From the IMG/VR virus record IMGVR_UViG_3300020029_000042, positions 1 through 5,153 of that record: a stretch of DNA of 5,153 nt. One strand, given 5' to 3'. The translations under genes and the position numbers were made by a program. How positions within the stretch are numbered: the stretch's first letter is position 1; every line of letters starts with the position of its first letter. The DNA is from a virus. Of this stretch, positions 3,855-5,153 are shown piece after piece. The notes under the pieces are model-generated. The model was not told the DNA's origin. It saw only the letters and a list, made by a program, of their open reading frames with translations, and searched no databases.

Positions 3855-5153
3855 TTAATGGTGGTCGATCAGGCCGGGAATGGAGTACATGGGCATCGGC
3901 CGGGTACACCGGTTCTGGACGTAGATATCAGCGAAGAGCTGATTCGAGACGGAGGACTGAACTGCCAGGACACGATCCACGTTCGTCTTGTCTTCTCTGA
4001 TCCACTCATCGGAAAGGGAAGGCAGCTTGCTGTAATCGTCTCCAAGGTGCCAGACATCCAGGGACTGCGGGGCCTGGGATCTCATTTCACCGCAAACACG
4101 GTTGGGCTTGTAACGGTAATCTGCCCAGGCTTCCTGGTAACCGAAGACCTCATCATCCTCAGCTGAGCCCTGGGCGTAGATCTCTTTGTTGAGCACGGCC
4201 TGCTCACCGATATTCGAAAAGACCGGCCAGTAATAATCAAAGCGGGACTTCCGGGAGAACATCCGGTCGAGACCCTGCTGATACGTATGGTCATACCGAG
4301 CAACCATCAAGCCGAGGATAAAGCCATGCTCCGTGAAAGATTTCGTGAAGTCGCTGTGATTGTCCGAGGTGAGGGACAGGCCAACGGGGTTACCCTGAGG
4401 CGTAGAACCTTCCTGGGTAGCAGACTGCTGCACGATCTGGTTAATCCGGATCGGGATACGGTTGCCGCCGAGATACTCAGGGCGCTGCAGGCGGGAATCC
4501 GGAGAGGTAACACCAAAATGGGAACGGAGGATCTCCGTATAGCGGGTACCGCCGCGGGCATCCTTCTCATAGAGCTTCTGGATCTGGAAAGCCAGACGCA
4601 GCTGATTGATCGTAGCAGATGCGACACCATCACCAACAGCCCAAAGGTTGATCGGAGACATAGACGATTCCTCAGAACTGGGAAGCGCAGGAGCAACAGC
4701 CGAATTATGCCAAACCTGACCATTCGCAAGCTCATTATTCGAATACAACTGACCATTCGAAGAGCCAGCATCCGTAGTATACCGGAAATACAAAGGCGCA
4801 GTACCGGGATCGTGAAGATCCGCATTGGCCACAACGGGCACGTTCATACCGCTACCGCCGGGGATCACAACATCGGGGCCCTTCTGCGGGGCCGGGAGGC
4901 AGGACGTAAAGTAGTCATGATACTTCGCAGCAACGAAGGGAAGACCGCCTTTAGCGACGTCAGTTACATAGGCGCCGGTGTTCACACCAGCCACCGTCGC
5001 ATCGTCCAGAGGGACAACGAGGGGATCAGTGAGGTTCTCATCACGGAACCATTCATTCATGACCAAAGCATACGCTCTGAAAGGTAATGCGTTAACTGAG
5101 AGGTCAGGTACACCAGTAGGAATACCGAGATAATCAGCAATCGTTCCGATAGA
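3855..5153 (-). CDS. VP1: Major capsid protein VP1, C-terminal part. Codons continue upstream off the window edge, and 5033..5153 duplicates 1..121.
   Basis: Track ORF 3855..5066 begins at an internal TTG. The frame actually stays open to 5153 and joins 1..484. It contains the canonical F-protein block INQLRLAFQIQKLYEKDARGGTRYTEILRSHFGVTSPDSRLQRPEYLGG and the C-terminus YSIPGLIDHH. The stop TAA is at 3857..3855. Confidence 0.95.
   Translation of the reverse strand, partial: SIGTIADYLGIPTGVPDLSVNALPFRAYALVMNEWFRDENLTDPLVVPLDDATVAGVNTGAYVTDVAKGGLPFVAAKYHDYFTSCLPAPQKGPDVVIPGGSGMNVPVVANADLHDPGTAPLYFRYTTDAGSSNGQLYSNNELANGQVWHNSAVAPALPSSEESSMSPINLWAVGDGVASATINQLRLAFQIQKLYEKDARGGTRYTEILRSHFGVTSPDSRLQRPEYLGGNRIPIRINQIVQQSATQEGSTPQGNPVGLSLTSDNHSDFTKSFTEHGFILGLMVARYDHTYQQGLDRMFSRKSRFDYYWPVFSNIGEQAVLNKEIYAQGSAEDDEVFGYQEAWADYRYKPNRVCGEMRSQAPQSLDVWHLGDDYSKLPSLSDEWIREDKTNVDRVLAVQSSVSNQLFADIYVQNRCTRPMPMYSIPGLIDHH
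5033..5153. repeat. Terminal redundancy, right copy (identical to 1..121)
   Basis: Exact 121-nt identity with the window start. Confidence 0.95.

Noticed and set aside
3869-4834. Same-strand +1-frame ORFs inside VP1 (4307..4834 at 175 aa, 4082..4303, 3869..4057), which share one frame and are separated only by single stops
   Set aside because: The whole +1 frame of VP1 is stop-poor, which points to a codon-usage by-product. The products are dominated by R/L/S, the six-codon amino acids. The 175-aa ORF, the only one whose start I checked, begins at a TTG with no SD. Unlike the VP3-embedded ORF, there is no coherent domain or TM architecture. Synonymous-constraint analysis could still revisit this.
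4287-5087. 266-aa plus-strand ORF antisense to VP1
   Set aside because: The explanation is the same: it is in codon register with VP1, it is arginine-rich low-complexity sequence, and it has no ribosome-binding site or recognisable motif.
1-5153. Scan for tRNA, rRNA, CRISPR repeats, integrase/att sites or defence-system genes
   Set aside because: There are no spaced direct repeats and no cloverleaf-like or rRNA-like segments. No ORFs exist beyond the Microviridae gene set and the small ORFs listed. The 5-kb circle is fully accounted for.

Overview
The window is a complete, self-overlapping copy of a small circular ssDNA phage genome of the family Microviridae, with Gokushovirinae-like gene content and order. 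It is given as the reverse complement of the coding (viral-sense) strand. Bases 1-121 are identical to 5033-5153, so the unit genome is 5032 nt. The major capsid gene VP1 is split by the linearisation point: the N-terminal part is 484..1 and the rest is 5153..3855, joining to 553 aa. All supported genes are on the minus strand and tightly packed. In sense direction the order is VP4 replication initiator (HUH endonuclease), a 37-aa highly basic J/ORF8-like DNA-binding peptide, a possible 45-codon acidic ORF in an AT-rich island, an 80-aa VP5-position protein, VP3 internal scaffold, VP1 capsid, VP2 pilot/minor capsid, and a small transmembrane ORF. These are followed by one about 265-nt non-coding control region (2499-2763) holding an intrinsic terminator, a perfect 12-bp hairpin and a near-consensus sigma70-type promoter. 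Nearly every gene has a GGAGG-type Shine-Dalgarno site, and several junctions overlap (ATGA, TAATG, GTGA). The points most worth follow-up are two unannotated small membrane-protein ORFs. One is embedded in the +1 frame of the scaffold gene, which parallels lysis gene E inside gene D in phiX174. The other lies between VP2 and the terminator. Other points are a candidate replication origin hairpin whose loop resembles the phiX174 nick site, a sharply AT-rich mosaic patch inside VP2, and an 11-residue periodicity in the VP2 C-terminal half. No tRNA, rRNA, CRISPR array or transposon signature was seen. All homology statements rest on motif recognition by eye, and no database search was possible.
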